Shown here in pieces: positions 10,657 through 20,692 of a DNA stretch of 64,000 nucleotides (position 1 is the first letter of the stretch; every line of letters starts with the position of its first letter). The notes under the pieces are model-generated. The model did no database searches. It saw nothing but the letters and a program-made list of their open reading frames with translations, and was not told where the DNA came from. Source of the stretch: Marivita sp. (GTDB lineage: Bacteria > Pseudomonadota > Alphaproteobacteria > Rhodobacterales > Rhodobacteraceae). The translations under genes were made by a program, and so were the position numbers. The DNA lies in assembly GCA_043585115.1 (NCBI GenBank), contig CP121326.1, positions 370,618-434,617 of the forward strand. The letters run 5' to 3'.

Positions 10657-11400
10657 ATGCCAAGCGATACGCCGCAGCCCGCTTTTGTCCTCGTGCGCCC
10701 GCAGATGGGTGAGAATATCGGGGCCGCCGCTCGAGCGATGCTGAATTTCGGGCTTGAACGGATGCGGCTGGTCGATCCGCGCGATGGTTGGCCGAACCAG
10801 AAGGCGGTCGCCATGGCGTCCGGTGCCGGGCGGTTGCTGGATGATGCAGTTCTGGTTGACCAGACGGTCGATGCGGTTGCGGATTGCTCTTATGTGTTTG
10901 CAACCACAGCGCGGCAACGTGATCTGACCAAGCCTGTTATGACGCCAGAGCGGGCCATGGAAGTGGCGCGTGACAAGATTGCGGCGGGCGAAAAGGTTGC
11001 CGTGTTGTTCGGGCCGGAACGCGCCGGGTTAGAAAATGACGACATTGCTTTGGCCAACGCGATTATCTCGGTTCCGGTCAATCCGGAGTTCCCATCGCTC
11101 AATCTTGCTCAATGCGTTCTGTTGACCGGCTATGAATGGCGTCGGCACTCTGTCGAGGTTGCGTCAGAGACCACCGAGATGGCCGGAACCGATTGGGCCA
11201 ATGCGGTCGAGGTCGACAAGCTGGCGGTGCATTATCAGGACACGTTGGAGACAGCGGGGTTCTTTTTTCCGGAAACCAAGGCGGACAGTATGAAACGCAA
11301 CCTGCGAAACATGTGGTCGCGCATGCCGTTGACCCGCGCCGATGTGCAGATGCTGCATGGCGTGCTGCGGCAAATGGTGCGTTGGAAGAACAAGGGCTAG
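10657..11400 (+). CDS. trmJ: tRNA/rRNA SPOUT methyltransferase (TrmJ/LasT)
   Basis: PQMGENIGAAARAMLNFG, FGPERAGLEN, SLNLAQ. Confidence 0.85.
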   Translation: MPSDTPQPAFVLVRPQMGENIGAAARAMLNFGLERMRLVDPRDGWPNQKAVAMASGAGRLLDDAVLVDQTVDAVADCSYVFATTARQRDLTKPVMTPERAMEVARDKIAAGEKVAVLFGPERAGLENDDIALANAIISVPVNPEFPSLNLAQCVLLTGYEWRRHSVEVASETTEMAGTDWANAVEVDKLAVHYQDTLETAGFFFPETKADSMKRNLRNMWSRMPLTRADVQMLHGVLRQMVRWKNKG

Positions 11401-11463
11401 GCCTGCGCCTTGAAGCACCCCTACCCCAAGCCTAGTGTCTCGGCCAAGAAGGAGATCCCGTGA

Positions 11464-12612
11464 ATGAGCAGCAAACGCAGTATCTTTGAAGAGGTCGGTG
11501 CAGAGACGCCGCGCAAGGACACGCCGAAAGGCGGGATGATCGACGCAGGCAAGCGCGGCGCGCGGGGCGCGATCCGGGTGTGGTTGATGATCCTGTTTGC
11601 CTTGGTCATGGTGATGATCGCCGTGGGCGGGCTGACCCGGTTGACGGATAGCGGTCTGTCGATCACCGAATGGCGTCCCTTGACCGGAGCGCTGCCGCCA
11701 ATGAATGCCGAGGACTGGCAGCGGGAGTTCGATCTTTATCGTGCAATCCCTGAATACCAGTTGCAGAACAAGGGCATGAGCCTTGCCGAGTTCCAGTTCA
11801 TCTATTGGTGGGAATGGGGGCACAGACAGCTTGGTCGGGTGATCGGACTGGTCTGGGCGCTGGGCTTTTTCGGCTTTCTGCTGGCCCGTAAAATCCCCAC
11901 GGGTTGGACCGGACGGCTGTTTTTTCTGGGCGTTCTGGGTGGCATTCAGGGCGCCATCGGCTGGTGGATGGTGGCGTCCGGCCTGACGGGCACGATGCTG
12001 GACGTGGCCTCGTATCGCCTGGCGACGCATCTGGGGCTGGCCTTTGTCATTCTGGGGTTCATTGCATGTTACACGTTTGAACTGGGGCGCGAAGAACGCG
12101 ACCTGATGCAGGCGCGGCGGTCCCGCGAAGGCAAGCTATACGGGCTTGGCACGGGGCTGTTGCATTTCACCTTTTTGCAAATCCTTCTGGGTGCGTTGGT
12201 TGCCGGCATCGATGCGGGTCGGACCTATAATGACTGGCCGATGATGGCGGGCGCGTTCCTGCCGCCCTATCCGTTCGAGCTTGAGCCGATCTGGCGCAAT
12301 TTCTTTGAAAACGCAGGCCTTGTGCAATTCATGCACCGGATCGCGGGCTATGTGCTTTTGGCGTTTGGCATTGTGGTTTGGCTCAAGGCGCGCAAATCGC
12401 CGAATTCGGACACACGGTTCCGGTTTAACGCGGTGTTCGCCATGTTGTGGATTCAGATGGCACTGGGCGTCGTTACCGTGCTTTACATGGCGCCATGGCA
12501 GATCGCTATCACGCACCAGATCGGTGCAGTGATCCTTTGGGTTCTGATCCTGCGCGCCCGGTTCGGGGCGCAATATCCGGTCCAACAATCCATCCGAGGA
12601 GCTACAGCATGA
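11464..12612 (+). CDS. ctaA: Heme A synthase (type 2, Cox15-like)
   Basis: GGLTRLTDSGLSITEW, WEWGHRQLGR, RLATHLG, QFMHR, THQ. Confidence 0.95.
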   Translation: MSSKRSIFEEVGAETPRKDTPKGGMIDAGKRGARGAIRVWLMILFALVMVMIAVGGLTRLTDSGLSITEWRPLTGALPPMNAEDWQREFDLYRAIPEYQLQNKGMSLAEFQFIYWWEWGHRQLGRVIGLVWALGFFGFLLARKIPTGWTGRLFFLGVLGGIQGAIGWWMVASGLTGTMLDVASYRLATHLGLAFVILGFIACYTFELGREERDLMQARRSREGKLYGLGTGLLHFTFLQILLGALVAGIDAGRTYNDWPMMAGAFLPPYPFELEPIWRNFFENAGLVQFMHRIAGYVLLAFGIVVWLKARKSPNSDTRFRFNAVFAMLWIQMALGVVTVLYMAPWQIAITHQIGAVILWVLILRARFGAQYPVQQSIRGATA

Positions 12613-14081
12613 GCACGGCCTATGACGAGTTGATGGCGTTCACGCGCGAAACCGAGGCGCTGGGCCAGATTGCCGGGCGTTTGGGCTGGGATCAGGAAAC
12701 CACCATGCCACGCGGAGCTGCGGCGCAACGGGGCGAGGAAATGGGCGCTCTTGAAGGCGTGCTGCATGCGCGGCGGATGGACCCGCGGGTCGGCGACTGG
12801 CTCGCGGCGGCGCGGCCTTTGGATGACGAGGCCAAGGCCAATCTGCGCCACATCCGTCGCAGTTTCGAACGGGCGTCCAAAGTGCCCGGTGAACTGGCTG
12901 CGGAAATGGCGCGGACCACGTCGGTTGCACAGGGTGTCTGGGCCGAGGCGCGGGCGAATGACGATTTCGCCGCTTTCGCGCCGACGTTGGAGCGGGTTCT
13001 GGACCTTCGGCGTCAGGAAGGTGCGGCGCTGGCGGATGGCGGTGATCCCTATGATGCGCTGTTGCAGGATTACGAACCCGGAGCCACGGCGGCAGAGCTG
13101 GATGCGATGTTCGGTGCGTTGCGGCCCCGACTGGTGGCGTTGCGGGACAAAGCTCTGGGCGCGCCAGCCCCCGCAGAAATGACCGGCGATTTCGACGAAT
13201 CCGCGCAGATGAAACTGTCGCGTCATATTGCCAAAACGTTTGGTTATGACATGAGCCGCGGGCGCGTGGACAAGGCCGTGCATCCGTTCAGTTCCGGATC
13301 CGGCAATGACGTGCGGATCACCACACGGACCAATCCGGCAGATCCGTTCAATTGTATTTATTCGACGATTCACGAAGTGGGTCACGCGGCCTATGAGCAG
13401 AATATTGATCAGGCCTATCTGCTGACGCCTCTGGGGCGTGGCGTGTCGATGGGTGTGCATGAAAGCCAAAGCCGGATTTACGAGAACCAACTGGGCCGGT
13501 CGCGTGCCTTTACCGGCTGGCTGCATGGGCAGATGGTCGATGTTTTTGGCGATTTCGGGATCGGTGATCCTGACGCCTTTTACGCCACCGTGAACCGCGT
13601 CAACAAAGGGTATATCCGTACGGAATCCGATGAGGTGCAGTACAATCTGCATGTGCTCTTGCGCTTTGATCTTGAACGCAAGCTGATCGATGGATCACTT
13701 GATGTGGGCGATCTTGAGGACGCGTGGAACACGCGGTTTGAGGCGGATTTCGGCTATGCGGTGGACAAGCCGTCCAACGGGGTGTTGCAGGACGTGCACT
13801 GGTCGGTTGGCTTGTTCGGCTATTTCGCCACCTATTCATTGGGCAATGTTTATGCCGGATGCCTGCATGAGGCGCTGCGCAAGGCGGTGCCGGATCTGGA
13901 TGCACAATTGGCGTCTGGTGACACTTCGGCGGCGACGGGATGGTTGCGGGACAATCTGCAACGACATGGCGGGCTGTATGAGCCGCGCGAGGTGGTCGAG
14001 CGTGCTTGTGGATTTGCGCCTTCCGAGGCCCCGCTTCTGGACTATCTCGAGGCGAAGTTCGGCGACATTTACGGGGTGTAA
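12609..14081 (+). CDS. Carboxypeptidase, M32 family
   Basis: HPF, DVRITTR, HEVGH, HESQS, LQDVHWS, GYFATYSLG; ATGA overlap with ctaA. Confidence 0.95.
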   Translation: MSTAYDELMAFTRETEALGQIAGRLGWDQETTMPRGAAAQRGEEMGALEGVLHARRMDPRVGDWLAAARPLDDEAKANLRHIRRSFERASKVPGELAAEMARTTSVAQGVWAEARANDDFAAFAPTLERVLDLRRQEGAALADGGDPYDALLQDYEPGATAAELDAMFGALRPRLVALRDKALGAPAPAEMTGDFDESAQMKLSRHIAKTFGYDMSRGRVDKAVHPFSSGSGNDVRITTRTNPADPFNCIYSTIHEVGHAAYEQNIDQAYLLTPLGRGVSMGVHESQSRIYENQLGRSRAFTGWLHGQMVDVFGDFGIGDPDAFYATVNRVNKGYIRTESDEVQYNLHVLLRFDLERKLIDGSLDVGDLEDAWNTRFEADFGYAVDKPSNGVLQDVHWSVGLFGYFATYSLGNVYAGCLHEALRKAVPDLDAQLASGDTSAATGWLRDNLQRHGGLYEPREVVERACGFAPSEAPLLDYLEAKFGDIYGV

Positions 14082-14130
14082 GCCGCGTTGAAGCGGATTG
14101 GAGGACCGCCTTGGAAAGGCGGTCACGCAT

Positions 14131-14403
14131 CTAGTGCAGTGTAAACTCGCCGACCATATTGTGCCATTCACCTGACGCCAGCAGTTTGCGATGGGTGTAT
14201 TGCACGGAATGCAGCGGGCCTTCGATGCTGTCCTGCCAAAACTCGATGAACTCGAACAGTTTGGGGTGATCCGGCGCAAGATCGTATTCTTGCCAGACAA
14301 AGGTGTTCAGCACATTCTGGTAATCCGGCATGCGGTAATAGAGCTGTGCCGTGGTCAAGCCATAGCCGCGCAACATCAACTCGGTTTCACTCATCTGGGA
14401 CAT
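14131..14403 (-). CDS. usg: Usg family protein
   Basis: GYGLTTAQLYYRMPD...FVWQEYDLAPDHPKL...FW...IEGPLHSV. Confidence 0.9.
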   Translation of the reverse strand: MSQMSETELMLRGYGLTTAQLYYRMPDYQNVLNTFVWQEYDLAPDHPKLFEFIEFWQDSIEGPLHSVQYTHRKLLASGEWHNMVGEFTLH

Positions 14404-14476
14404 GCAAACCTCATTCGTTTTTTATTGTACACACAAGTTTGCCATGGATTCTCTACATTTCAATAAAAACAGTATG

Positions 14477-14503
14477 TTAGCCAATCATGCCGGCGAGTGC
14501 CAA
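14477..14503. promoter_or_regulatory. Degenerate CIRCE (HrcA operator)-like site
   Basis: TTAGCCAAT-N9-GAGTGCCAA versus consensus TTAGCACTC-N9-GAGTGCTAA; lies in the usg/gyrA divergent region. Confidence 0.45.
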
Positions 14504-14607
14504 CGCACATCTGCTACTAAATTGGTCAAGTGGATTGCACGCTACATCCTGTCTCTGATATACAGGCCCTTAACAAAATATAGACATATAGACAGCAGGC
14601 TATTTAC

Positions 14608-17346
14608 GTGAGCGACACGCCAGAAACTCCTGAAAACGCAGAAGATATGCCGCCTGAACGCCCCAAATACGATGGGCCGCAGGTGTCTATCACCAGCGAA
14701 ATGAAGACGTCTTACCTTGATTACGCGATGAGCGTGATTGTCAGCCGGGCCATTCCGGACCTGCGTGACGGCTTGAAACCGGTGCATCGGCGCATCCTCT
14801 ATGCGATGCACGAATCCAACAACGGGCACGACAAGCCCTACCGCAAATCTGCGCGCCCGGTGGGCGATGTGATGGGTAAATACCACCCGCATGGCGACTC
14901 AGCGATCTATGACGCGCTGGTGCGGATGGCGCAGGATTTCTCGATGTCACTGCCGCTTTTGGATGGTCAGGGCAACTTCGGGTCCATGGACGGCGATAAC
15001 GCGGCGGCCATGCGCTATACCGAAGTGCGGATGGACAAACCCGCGGCCTTTCTGCTGGCCGATATCGACAAGGAAACGGTCGACTTTCAGGACAATTATG
15101 ACGGCAAGGACCGCGAGCCGACGGTTCTGCCTGCACGGTTCCCCAATATGCTGGTCAACGGCGCTGGCGGTATTGCGGTTGGTATGGCGACCAATATTCC
15201 GCCGCATAACCTTGGTGAGGTTGTGGATGCCTGTCTGGCCCTGATCGAAGAACCGGATCTGAGTTCCGAGCAGTTGATCGACTATGTGCCCGGCCCGGAC
15301 TTCCCGACGGGAGGTATCATGCTTGGCCGGTCCGGTGCGCGCAAAGCGTATCTTGAGGGCCGTGGATCGGTGATCATCCGGTCCAAGACACGGGTCGAAG
15401 AAATCCGCAAGGATCGCTGGGCGATCATCATCGAAGAGATCCCCTATCAGGTAAACAAGGCCACGATGATTGAGCGGATCGCCGAGGCCGCACGCGAAAA
15501 ACGCATCGAAGGCATTGCCCATGTGCAGGACGAAAGCGACCGTAATGGCGTGCGTGTGGTGGTGGAGCTCAAGCGCGATGCGACAGCCGAGGTCGTTCTG
15601 AACCAGCTGTTCCGCTTTACTCCGATGCAAACCTCCTTTGGCTGCAACATGCTGGCGTTGAATGGTGGACGGCCCGAGCAGTTGACGCTGCGGCGGTTCC
15701 TGACCGCGTTCATTGATTTCCGCGAAGACGTCGTGGCGCGCCGGACTGCGCATCTTTTGCGCAAGGCACGCGAGCGCAGTCATGTGTTGTGTGGTTTGGC
15801 GGTTGCTGTGACCAATATTGACGAGGTCGTGGCGACGATCCGATCCTCTGCCGATGCAGCAGAAGCGCGTGAACGGTTGATGACGCGACGTTGGCCGGCA
15901 GAAGAAATCCTGCCCTATATCGCGCTGATCGACGATCCGACCCATACCGCGAATGACGACGGCACATATAACCTGTCCGAAATTCAAGCGCGTGCCATTC
16001 TGGAATTGCGATTGCAACGCCTGACCCAGATCGGGGTCAAGGAAGTCACAGACGAACTGGAAGAACTGGCGGGCAAAATCCGCGAATATCTGGAAATCCT
16101 TGGATCGCGCGAACGGATCATGGCGATCATCTCGGATGAATTGAAAGAGGTGCGCGACCTGTTTGCCGTGCCACGCCGGACCGAGATTGTCGATTGGTCG
16201 GGCGACATGGAAGACGAAGACCTGATCGAGCGCGAGGACATGGTGGTCACCGTCACCCAGTCGGGCTGGATCAAGCGTACCCCGCTGGCCGATTTCCGGG
16301 CGCAAAAGCGCGGTGGCAAAGGGCTGTCCGGCATGGCGACAAAAGACGACGACGTGGTCACCACGCTGTTTGTTGCCAATACCCATACCCAGCTGTTGTT
16401 CTTCACGACCGAAGGCATGGTCTACAAGCTCAAGACCTGGCGTCTGCCGCAGGGTGGCCGCACCGCTAAAGGCAAGGCCATCGTCAACATTCTGCCGATC
16501 CCGGCGGGTGTGTCGATTGCGGCGATCATGCCGGTCGACCGCGATGAAAAGCATTGGGACGATTTGCAAATCATCTTTGCAACAAGTGCAGGCGACGTGC
16601 GCCGCAACGCGCTGTCGGATTTCACCAATGTGATGCGCAACGGCAAAATCGCGATGGATTTGCCCGAGGGTGTTGAACTGGTGAATGCGCGTATCGCGTC
16701 CGAGGATGATGATGTCATGCTGGTCACCGATGCAGGCCGGGCGATCCGGTTCCCGACAACAGCCGTGCGCGTCTTCAAAGGCCGCAAATCGACGGGTGTG
16801 CGCGGTATTCGTCTGAATGACAGCGACCGCGTCGTCAGTATGGCTGTCATCCGGCACTTCGAGGCTGATCCGGCGGAACGGGCGGCCTACCTCAAGATGC
16901 GTCGTGCGGTGGCCGGTCTGGCCGATGACGCCGAGATCGAGGATGACGAGGACGGAGCGGCACCGGGTTCGATCACTCAGGAGCGTTATGCCGAGATGTC
17001 GGCAGCGGAAAACCTGATCCTGACGATCACCGCAAAAGGTGCCGGCAAACTTTCATCGTCGCATGATTATCCGGTTCGGGGCCGAGGCGGTCAGGGTGTT
17101 CAGGCCATCGACAAAGCGATGCGCGGCGGTGCGATCGTGGCGTCCTTCCCTGTTGAGATGGACGACCAGATCATGCTTGCCACGTCCAAAGGCCAGTCGA
17201 TCCGCGTTCCGGTTGATGGTATTTCCTTCCGGTCGCGCAGTGCGGGTGGCGTAAAGGTGTTTGATACGGGCAAGGACGAAGTTGTCGTATCCGTCGCATG
17301 GATTGCTGATCAAGGTGACGAAGACGGAGCCGCAGAAGAGAGCTGA
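14608..17346 (+). CDS. gyrA: DNA gyrase subunit A
   Basis: [34 protein letters not shown], GyrA box QKRGGKG. Confidence 0.98.
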   Translation: MSDTPETPENAEDMPPERPKYDGPQVSITSEMKTSYLDYAMSVIVSRAIPDLRDGLKPVHRRILYAMHESNNGHDKPYRKSARPVGDVMGKYHPHGDSAIYDALVRMAQDFSMSLPLLDGQGNFGSMDGDNAAAMRYTEVRMDKPAAFLLADIDKETVDFQDNYDGKDREPTVLPARFPNMLVNGAGGIAVGMATNIPPHNLGEVVDACLALIEEPDLSSEQLIDYVPGPDFPTGGIMLGRSGARKAYLEGRGSVIIRSKTRVEEIRKDRWAIIIEEIPYQVNKATMIERIAEAAREKRIEGIAHVQDESDRNGVRVVVELKRDATAEVVLNQLFRFTPMQTSFGCNMLALNGGRPEQLTLRRFLTAFIDFREDVVARRTAHLLRKARERSHVLCGLAVAVTNIDEVVATIRSSADAAEARERLMTRRWPAEEILPYIALIDDPTHTANDDGTYNLSEIQARAILELRLQRLTQIGVKEVTDELEELAGKIREYLEILGSRERIMAIISDELKEVRDLFAVPRRTEIVDWSGDMEDEDLIEREDMVVTVTQSGWIKRTPLADFRAQKRGGKGLSGMATKDDDVVTTLFVANTHTQLLFFTTEGMVYKLKTWRLPQGGRTAKGKAIVNILPIPAGVSIAAIMPVDRDEKHWDDLQIIFATSAGDVRRNALSDFTNVMRNGKIAMDLPEGVELVNARIASEDDDVMLVTDAGRAIRFPTTAVRVFKGRKSTGVRGIRLNDSDRVVSMAVIRHFEADPAERAAYLKMRRAVAGLADDAEIEDDEDGAAPGSITQERYAEMSAAENLILTITAKGAGKLSSSHDYPVRGRGGQGVQAIDKAMRGGAIVASFPVEMDDQIMLATSKGQSIRVPVDGISFRSRSAGGVKVFDTGKDEVVVSVAWIADQGDEDGAAEES

Positions 17347-17395
17347 ACTGTTGCGTGCATGAGGGTCACCTCACATCCACATGAAATACATTGAT

Positions 17396-17435
17396 AAAAA
17401 GCGACGCGAGAGAAATCTTGCGTCGCTTTTCTTTT
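17396..17435 (+). terminator. Intrinsic terminator after gyrA
   Basis: AAAAAGCGACGCGAGA-loop-TCTTGCGTCGCTTTTCTTTT hairpin with a T-tail. Confidence 0.8.
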
Positions 17436-17827
17436 GGCGTCTTGAGGGCGGAATCAAGCCGGTTCATGCGCTTTTAAAACTGTGCAGCGCGCGGAATTCC
17501 TCGATTTTTCACACTCAATTCACACTCGATTTCTATGAAAGTCAGGTATTCCAGACCTGCGCTTACCCTAGGTCAGGTGCTACACGTTAAGGAAAGGGAT
17601 CATACTCGGACGCACGTTCAACCGACCAATAATTTCAAAGGTCAGTTTGTTTGATTTTCCGTCAAACGCGCGCAGATGAGGTGCCGGACGCTCTATTTTG
17701 GTTCGGCGCGGTTCTTTTTTAAAATTTGTTTTAACGGCAGCCCTCATCTGCTGATGGCACGTATTTGATTATCGTCGGCCCGGTCTCAGGTCATGTGCCG
17801 AGATCGGGTCTATTTCCGGAGCCCGGC

Positions 17828-18274
17828 ATGTTTGATATCCTTCAGACACTGCGGCTTTATCCCGACATCCTTCAACTTTGCGGCGTTCTTGGCTCTATTC
17901 TTTATGTCGGTGGATTCGCGCTTTTGCAGACCGGTCGGATATGCGGCAACGGACCGCTTTATTCCGGCAATCAATTGATCGCCGCCACCCTTGTTTTGAT
18001 CAGCCTTGTGGGTGCGTTCAACCTTGGTGCCTTTTTAATCCAGATCGGCTTTTTCACGTTCGGATTGATTGGTTTGATCCGGCGGATCCGCATGCGGCGT
18101 TTGGGGCTTTATCCGCCGGGCACGGGTGTTGTCAGATCAGTCGCGAATGCGCCGACCGCACCCGCTCTTCAAGGTGGCTGGACAGAGACTTCCGATTGGC
18201 AAAATCGTCCACGCGCACGGGGGGATGATAGATCAGTTCAACCTTTCCCTGTTGCCGCTGCGCGAGAACCTTGA
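17828..18274 (+). CDS. Small membrane protein (CBU_0592-like)
   Basis: Three hydrophobic segments: GVLGSILYVGGFALLQTG...YSGNQLIAATLVLISL...FNLGAFLIQ. The 3' end overlaps the opposite-strand acyltransferase. Confidence 0.6.
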   Translation: MFDILQTLRLYPDILQLCGVLGSILYVGGFALLQTGRICGNGPLYSGNQLIAATLVLISLVGAFNLGAFLIQIGFFTFGLIGLIRRIRMRRLGLYPPGTGVVRSVANAPTAPALQGGWTETSDWQNRPRARGDDRSVQPFPVAAAREP

Positions 18275-18956
18275 GCAAGTGTTCACCAAAGCCCATGTCG
18301 CCCCACCAGCCATAGAACCGCGGATCTGTGCCTTCGGGCGGATGGTAGATCACGGTCACGGGTTGAATGTGCATGTCGTGGATCAACTGGTCTGAAAAGA
18401 ACGGTGCAAACAGCGTTGGCTTGAAGGGAAGAACCCGGAGAGTGTCGGAAGACGTGCCTTCGGGAAAGAACAACAGGCGATGACCATGCTTCAGCCGATC
18501 TTCGAACAGGGCAATCTGGGCTTTCACATCACGCCGGTCGCGCCGGATGAACACGGTCCCTGTGGCGCGTGCCAGCCAGCCGATCCCGGGCCAGCTTGCG
18601 ACCTCTGATTTTGACACGAAGTACACATTCTTGCGCGCATTCAGCGCAAAGATGTCCAGCCAAGAGCTGTGATTGGCCACCACTGCGCCGGGCACCTTCA
18701 GGCGCGGCCCTCTGACCAGCAGTGGAAGGCGCATGATAACAAAGGCTGCACGACAGACGCCTTGGGTGATGTACGGGGTCACGGGACGGTCAACGCCGCA
18801 GATCGGCCGTTCAAACAGACGTATCAGCAACAGCAGGATCAGGCCGCCAAACACCACGACAGCAAGGACGCAGCCCCGCGCAAGCACACGCAACCACCCC
18901 ATTGCGGATATCGGCTGATCCGGAATGGGGTCGTCGCTGTCCCATGTCGGGCTCAT
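18132..18956 (-). CDS. olsA: Lyso-ornithine lipid O-acyltransferase (PlsC family)
   Basis: NHSSWLD, FVSKSEV, FFPEGTS; ATGA-coupled to the upstream OlsB-type gene. Confidence 0.8.
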   Translation of the reverse strand: MSPTWDSDDPIPDQPISAMGWLRVLARGCVLAVVVFGGLILLLLIRLFERPICGVDRPVTPYITQGVCRAAFVIMRLPLLVRGPRLKVPGAVVANHSSWLDIFALNARKNVYFVSKSEVASWPGIGWLARATGTVFIRRDRRDVKAQIALFEDRLKHGHRLLFFPEGTSSDTLRVLPFKPTLFAPFFSDQLIHDMHIQPVTVIYHPPEGTDPRFYGWWGDMGFGEHLLKVLAQRQQGKVELIYHPPVRVDDFANRKSLSSHLEERVRSAHSRLI

Positions 18957-19723
18957 GATGTGGGCCGGGCGGTGCGGTTCAACTGACCGGGCGACAGGTT
19001 GGCGATCTCGAGGATCATGCACACATCTGTGGTGTTGAAGGCATGATCGACAAACACCCCCTGCCCGATTGCGCCGCCCAGTTTGAGGTAGGATTTGATC
19101 AGCGCAGGTGTGTCCCGCATCGCGGCTTTTCTGTCAATCTGTGCTGCGGGCAAGAGTGGCGGTTGAGTTTGCATCAAGGATGTCACGCGCAGTGGATCAG
19201 GCACCAGATAGGCTGTGTGAAGGTGCGAAATGGCGTTCTGCAAGGCCGGTTGATCGGTGCCGTGAAAGCTTGCTGTGCCGAAGAGGATATCAATCTCATG
19301 ATCCGCGACATAATCCGCCACCCCCTGCCAAAGCGCCATCAACGCCGCTCCGCCGCGATGATCCGGGTGAAGACAGGTTCGCCCGAGTTCCAAAAGGGAT
19401 TTGCCAGACGCCAATAACGCAGACAGATCAAACTCGGCTCCCGAATAAAAACGACCGGCAGATTTTGCGTGCTTTTCCGTCATCAGCCGGTAGACACCGA
19501 TCACCCCATCTGTTGCGCTTTCAGGCGCACGCAGATCGCGAAGCAAAAGATGGTCGGCATGGCTGTCGAAGTGATCCGTCTCAAGCGCCTGGTTGTGATC
19601 AACCGCAGCGCCATCCCCGCCCAATTCCGCAACAAACACCGCGTATCTCAGCTTTTGCGCCGCCCGGATGTCGTCATCCGACCGTGCCAAGGAGACCTGA
19701 AACTGGGGCGCAGTCTGTAACAT
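18953..19723 (-). CDS. olsB: Ornithine N-acyltransferase (GNAT, OlsB type)
   Basis: AAQKLRYAVFVAELG, DHFD, GVYRL, FYSGAEFDL, LELGRTC, PALIKSYLKLG, DHAFNTTD. Confidence 0.8.
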   Translation of the reverse strand: MLQTAPQFQVSLARSDDDIRAAQKLRYAVFVAELGGDGAAVDHNQALETDHFDSHADHLLLRDLRAPESATDGVIGVYRLMTEKHAKSAGRFYSGAEFDLSALLASGKSLLELGRTCLHPDHRGGAALMALWQGVADYVADHEIDILFGTASFHGTDQPALQNAISHLHTAYLVPDPLRVTSLMQTQPPLLPAAQIDRKAAMRDTPALIKSYLKLGGAIGQGVFVDHAFNTTDVCMILEIANLSPGQLNRTARPTS

Positions 19724-19846
19724 TGGGGCGACCGTTTGCTTATGCGGTCACTGTACTGCGGGGGATACGAACGCGCAACGGCACCCATAGTTGCATACAC
19801 GCATCAGGCGAAAGTTAACCGGTTGTCAACCAAGGGTTGTAGTGCT

Positions 19847-20029
19847 TTACTCGTCGAAAACAGGAACCAGACCGATGCGGGACCCATCAATCACCACTTT
19901 GCCGACTTCACGGAAATTAACCGTGATTCTGTCGCCGATATTCGATTGTACCTGGCCGACACCCCAATCAGGTTCATCGGGATGGCGCACCAACGATCCT
20001 GGTTCCAACAGGCCATTCAAATCAGACAT
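19847..20029 (-). CDS. DUF3553-like small protein
   Basis: LEPGSLVRHPDEPDWGVGQVQSNIGDRITVNF; usual neighbour of chpT in Rhodobacterales. Confidence 0.8.
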   Translation of the reverse strand: MSDLNGLLEPGSLVRHPDEPDWGVGQVQSNIGDRITVNFREVGKVVIDGSRIGLVPVFDE

Positions 20030-20062
20030 AAGCGGGCTCCTTGCTGCTTACCGGAGGATATA

Positions 20063-20692
20063 GTGCGTCAAAACGAGCCTTCACTGGCGGCATTGATCGG
20101 ATCACGGATTTGCCACGACCTCATCAGTCCTATTGGCGCGATTTCTAACGGATTGGAATTGGTGGAAATGGCCGGGACGGCCTCGAGCGGGCCGGAAATG
20201 ACCTTGATCCGACAAAGCTGCGATCACGCAACGGCGCGGATTCGGTTCTTCCGAATTGCCTTTGGCACGGCCTCTGATATCTATCCGGTCTCGTCCAGCG
20301 AAGCCGACAGGACGCTTGCGAACAATTATGCCCACACACGTCTTTCCGCGACATGGGAGATACACCACGACCAAGGGCGCGATATTGTTCAACTGGCCTA
20401 TTTGGCGATCCTTTGTCTTGAAACCGCGTTGCCGCAGGGCGGTGTTCTCGAAGTGCATCGCGACGGGCGTACGTTGATGGTGACAGCCCAGGCGGAACAC
20501 ACACGCGCAGACGGGCCGATCTGGTCCCTGCTTTCCTCGGAGGCCGAGATTGATTTGACCGCGTTGCGTCCAGCCGATGTGCAATTTGCACTGCTTGCTC
20601 AGATGTGTCGAAAGACCGGAATCACAACGCAGCTGTCGACGTCTGCAGGGCTTGCCACATTATCGCTGACCCTACCCGGCCCAGCGATGTGA
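20063..20692 (+). CDS. chpT: Histidine phosphotransferase ChpT
   Basis: LAALIGSRICHDLISPIGAISNGLEL, RIRFFRIAFG; GTG start after GGAGG. Confidence 0.9.
   Translation: MRQNEPSLAALIGSRICHDLISPIGAISNGLELVEMAGTASSGPEMTLIRQSCDHATARIRFFRIAFGTASDIYPVSSSEADRTLANNYAHTRLSATWEIHHDQGRDIVQLAYLAILCLETALPQGGVLEVHRDGRTLMVTAQAEHTRADGPIWSLLSSEAEIDLTALRPADVQFALLAQMCRKTGITTQLSTSAGLATLSLTLPGPAM

Noticed and set aside
14947-16857. Long antisense ORFs (14947-16857, 4609-5646, 12483-13652, 27064-28254, 30886-32037 and similar)
   Set aside because: They mirror well-identified genes on the opposite strand, a common artefact of GC-rich codon usage, and carry no recognisable motifs.
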